NCBI GenBank assembly: GCA_964344655.1
Contig: CAYFOF010000001.1
Span: 159,773 to 223,772, forward strand
Origin: Candidatus Woesearchaeota archaeon
Lineage (GTDB): Archaea; Nanobdellota; Nanobdellia; SCGC-AAA011-G17; PNOQ01
DNA: 64,000 nucleotides
Direction of reading: 5' to 3'
In this document: piece by piece, positions 61,261-64,000 of the stretch
Position numbering within the stretch: the stretch's first letter is position 1
Layout of the letters: every line of letters starts with the position of its first letter
Program-made: the position numbers and the translations under genes
The notes under the pieces: model-generated
Seen by the model: the letters and a program-made list of their open reading frames with translations, nothing else
What the model was told of the DNA's origin: nothing
Databases searched by the model: none

Positions 61261-62535
61261 TTAAATTGGTTTTTCGTTTCCCCATCGATTTAAGGCTATT
61301 TTTAGTTCTTTATGGGAGTTTGCATATTTAGTTAATGATATGTTTTTTTCTTCTGATTCTAGAGATTGTCTTAGTGCTGTAGCTCCTTCTTTTGATCCAT
61401 TTGGATGGCCGTGAATTCCTCCTCCTGCTTGTACTGCAATATCTCTGCCAAGCATTTTTATTATTTGAGGCATTATTCCAGGATGTAATCCGCCAGAAGA
61501 AACAGGAATGGTATCTTTTATGTTGTGCCAATTTTGTTTTAATGGAGATTTTGTTTTTTGGAGTGTTATTTGATCTTTTATTTCTATTATTTCGTTTCTT
61601 CCGCCGACCAATTTTCCTATTGCCGTACCTATGTGGATATTATCTACTCCAATTAATCTAGATATTTTTGCAAGAGAAAGCATTGTCATCCCGTGTTTTG
61701 GATTTCTATCTATTGCTGCATGGAATGCTCTATGGGCATGTATGGCTAGTTTTAGTTTTTCTGCTTCGTTTCTTAGTGTTTGCAATCCAGACCAACCAAT
61801 TGTCATAATATCTGCCATTATGTATTTGAATCCATGATCTTTAACGATTTTTGCTCGTTTTATCATTTCTTTTGTTTCGGCAGTTACGTTAATGAAATAG
61901 TCTTTTACTTCTCCTGTTTCTTTTTCTGCTTTATCTCTTGCTTTTGCTGCGGCTTTTACTCTTGCTGAAAATCTATTAAATTTTTGAGAAGTTAAATTTT
62001 CATCATCTTTTGCGAAATCTATTCCGCCAACCCAAGAATTATAAATTACTTTTGTGTGTTCTTTTGTTGTTAAACCAACTTTTGGTTTTGGAACTGTAGC
62101 AGTTAGGGGTCTATTTTTTATTTTCATATATTTCCTTATTTTTTTTATTCCAAATTGTGGACCTCTGAATGATTTGATATAATCTTTTGGGAATTGTATG
62201 TCTATTATTCTTAGATTATTTACTGCTTTCATTCCAAAGATATTTCCTGCAATAGAACTCATTAATTGAGGTATGCTTCCTAGTTCGAATAATTCTAACG
62301 GATAAGCAACTTTTACGTATGGGCCGTTCATTTCATATGCTCTTGCTCTTATTTTGTTTATATGGGGTTTTAAGGTCGATAATGTAGTCCAAGTTCCGTT
62401 TGAGGATTCTGCAGCTATTCTTCCTATTGCTTCTTTTTTTGAAATTCCTTTGGCAGGTTCTACCCTAAATAAAACTATTAAATCAGATTTTTTTGGTTTG
62501 TATTTCAAATCTACAAAATTTAAGTATTGGCTCAT
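61261..62535 (-). CDS. rbcL: ribulose-1,5-bisphosphate carboxylase large subunit, form III
   Basis: GGIDFAKDDENL (carbamylated-Lys region), HAHRAFHAAIDR and GGGIHGHPNG. At 424 aa it lacks the form II/III insertion. No small subunit or PRK nearby. Confidence 0.9.
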   Translation of the reverse strand: MSQYLNFVDLKYKPKKSDLIVLFRVEPAKGISKKEAIGRIAAESSNGTWTTLSTLKPHINKIRARAYEMNGPYVKVAYPLELFELGSIPQLMSSIAGNIFGMKAVNNLRIIDIQFPKDYIKSFRGPQFGIKKIRKYMKIKNRPLTATVPKPKVGLTTKEHTKVIYNSWVGGIDFAKDDENLTSQKFNRFSARVKAAAKARDKAEKETGEVKDYFINVTAETKEMIKRAKIVKDHGFKYIMADIMTIGWSGLQTLRNEAEKLKLAIHAHRAFHAAIDRNPKHGMTMLSLAKISRLIGVDNIHIGTAIGKLVGGRNEIIEIKDQITLQKTKSPLKQNWHNIKDTIPVSSGGLHPGIMPQIIKMLGRDIAVQAGGGIHGHPNGSKEGATALRQSLESEEKNISLTKYANSHKELKIALNRWGNEKPI

Positions 62536-63179
62536 TTATTTCCCTCTTTTTTTATTATTGAATGGATATCTTTTATATCTTCAATTATGAAATCTGCTTT
62601 ATTTAAGGTTTTCCAGATTTGCTTTGGACCTGTTTTTATTATTATGGATTTTACTTTTGCTGCTTTAGCAGTTTTTATGTCTTGAACTGTATCTCCTACC
62701 ATGAACTTAACTTTCTTTTTTAATTTCTTTTCTGTTTTGTATATTTCATCTGGGAAAGGCTTTGGATGTTTTACTTCATCTGCCCCAACAATTGCTGCAA
62801 ATAGTTTTTTATCTATCTTTGTAGCGTTTAATGCTTTTATTATTGATTTATGACTGTTATTGCTTAGAAGGCAAAGAGAATATTTTTTTGATAGGGATTT
62901 TAATGTTCTTTTTGTATTTGGATATGGTTTCAATTTTGAAGAATTGGAAAATCTAATTTTATTAAATTCTTTATTTATGTTTTTTATTTCTTCTTGTGTT
63001 GCTTTTGGTTTTAGTTTTTTTATTTGATCTGAAAGTGTTAATCCCCAAAAATTATATATTTGTTTTTTTGTTTGAGTTATTCCATATTTTTTTAATGCTT
63101 TTATCTGTGCATCTACTATCCATTCTTCTGTATTTATCAAAGTCCCATCTAAGTCAAAGCAAATTATCATTTTATCCAA
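62532..63179 (-). CDS. HAD-IA family phosphatase (phosphoglycolate or sugar-phosphate phosphatase-like)
   Basis: ICFDLDGTLINTEE (DxDGT motif), LLSNN, and GDTVQDIKTAKAA. ATGA overlap with rbcL and a 13-nt overlap with e2b2. Confidence 0.7.
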   Translation of the reverse strand: MDKMIICFDLDGTLINTEEWIVDAQIKALKKYGITQTKKQIYNFWGLTLSDQIKKLKPKATQEEIKNINKEFNKIRFSNSSKLKPYPNTKRTLKSLSKKYSLCLLSNNSHKSIIKALNATKIDKKLFAAIVGADEVKHPKPFPDEIYKTEKKLKKKVKFMVGDTVQDIKTAKAAKVKSIIIKTGPKQIWKTLNKADFIIEDIKDIHSIIKKEGNK

Positions 63180-63964
63180 GAATATTCTTTTTTAACTTTT
63201 TTCACGAATTTTTTTGGAGATAAAACTCCAAGTTCTGAAATTATTTTTTTAATATTATTGTTTGGCACCATATCAAATGCTGGATTATTTATCGTTATGT
63301 TTTTTATTGATGTGTCCCAAACTTCTTTTGAATCTCTTTCTTCTATTTTTAATTTTTTTGAAAAATATTTCCAAGAGTTTGTTACTATGAATAATGGTGT
63401 TTTATGTTTTTTAGATAATTCTGAAATTGTATAGCTACCTATTTTATTGTATACATTTCCTTTTTCATCGATGTAATCTGCCCCCAATAATATGATATCT
63501 GATTCTTTTATTGCATTTTCTGCAGCGGAATCTACGTAATGATTCACTTTTATTCCTATGTTTGCAAGTTCTTTTGCAGTTTTTCTTCCTTGATATAATG
63601 GTCTGGTTTCAGTGTTGTTTACTGAAAATTTATTTTTTGTTAATTTTAATGCTCCAATTACAGTTGAAGAATGACAATGAGTAAATACTTTTGAATTGTT
63701 TTTTATTATTTTTGAGGCAATTAGTTCAACTCTTTTATCCATGTTTCTTAAGAAATTATAAGATATTTTTGGATTTCCTACTTCCTTTGCATATTTTATT
63801 GCATTTTGTAGGCAAGGCTCTGTTGGTCTGGTTTTTAATATTGTTTTTATAGAATTATAGTCTTGTTTTAATCGCATTGCTTTTAATCCAGATAATGCTA
63901 TATTTGTTGCTCCTTGTATTTTTAATGACTTTATATCTGAAATTATTTTTTTGAACTCGTCCAT
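63167..63964 (-). CDS. e2b2: ribose-1,5-bisphosphate isomerase (eIF-2B alpha/beta/delta-like family)
   Basis: IQGATNIA, VFTHCHSSTV and LLGADYIDEKGNVYNKIGSY motifs of the e2b2/MtnA family. It is in an operon with rbcL and AMP phosphorylase. Confidence 0.75.
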   Translation of the reverse strand: MDEFKKIISDIKSLKIQGATNIALSGLKAMRLKQDYNSIKTILKTRPTEPCLQNAIKYAKEVGNPKISYNFLRNMDKRVELIASKIIKNNSKVFTHCHSSTVIGALKLTKNKFSVNNTETRPLYQGRKTAKELANIGIKVNHYVDSAAENAIKESDIILLGADYIDEKGNVYNKIGSYTISELSKKHKTPLFIVTNSWKYFSKKLKIEERDSKEVWDTSIKNITINNPAFDMVPNNNIKKIISELGVLSPKKFVKKVKKEYSWIK

Positions 63965-64000
63965 GTTTTGATTTTTATTTTTTAGTTATATAAACTTTAC

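Noticed and set aside
61261-62535. RuBisCO as evidence for Calvin-cycle autotrophy
   Set aside because: This is a form III-type sequence of 424 aa with no small subunit and no phosphoribulokinase. It is flanked by R15P isomerase and AMP phosphorylase, and that context indicates nucleotide salvage rather than CO2-fixing autotrophy.
63167-63964. Annotation as translation initiation factor eIF-2B subunit
   Set aside because: Archaeal members of this family next to rbcL and deoA are ribose-1,5-bisphosphate isomerases. The operon context favours the metabolic role.

Overview
This window is strongly AT-rich and gene-dense. It looks like a contig piece from a small-genome, DPANN-like archaeon (Woesearchaeota, Pacearchaeota or Nanoarchaeota style). 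All calls come from reading the supplied translations and the DNA by eye, because no HMM or BLAST search could be run.

About half the window is archaeal housekeeping:
- Ribosomal proteins L44e, S27e, L31e, L39e and S19e. S27e, L39e, Nop10 and a DUF1931 histone-fold gene are shorter than 60 aa and absent from the ORF track, so I found them by hand.
- Translation factors and synthetases: aIF2-alpha, aRF1, CysRS and ValRS.
- RNA processing and modification: Nop10, Cbf5, RNase Z and the tRNA splicing endonuclease.
- DNA replication, repair and segregation: Hjc, PCNA, a UDG-like glycosylase, a GINS-like protein and ScpB.
- Transcription and secretion: TFS, RpoL, MBF1 and a Sec11-type signal peptidase.
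- tRNA-Phe(GAA) and tRNA-Ser(UGA).

The other half is cell-envelope and accessory content:
1. A roughly 14 kb plus-strand locus (10.8-24.7 kb). It has two paralogous small secreted beta-sandwich subunits and a 67-aa secreted mini-protein. It also has two paralogous membrane-anchored Ig-like proteins whose N-terminal domains follow a PapD/FimC-chaperone-like motif pattern. A 1763-aa beta-helix adhesin in the same locus ends in a domain homologous to the small subunits. I read this as a candidate donor-strand, chaperone-type (non-type-IV) fibre system.
2. A minus-strand operon encoding a beta-helix protein and a lamin-tail-domain protein.
3. A minimal RHS-core polymorphic-toxin-like gene with no adjacent immunity gene.
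4. A cluster of five class III (prepilin-type) signal-peptide proteins around a 1217-aa cysteine-rich protein. It sits directly upstream of a Methanococcales-type S-layer gene, and its layout resembles a minor-pilin/PilY1 operon.
5. A tight five-gene operon with the archaeal AMP-salvage enzymes (AMP phosphorylase, ribose-1,5-bisphosphate isomerase, form III RuBisCO), interleaved with an AI-2E permease and a HAD phosphatase.

I saw no rRNA, CRISPR array, transposase or integrase. Most genes carry an AAAG-N-TTTWWA (BRE/TATA-like) element about 25-30 nt upstream of the ATG, which suggests leaderless mRNAs. A few genes instead have GGAGGT Shine-Dalgarno sites.
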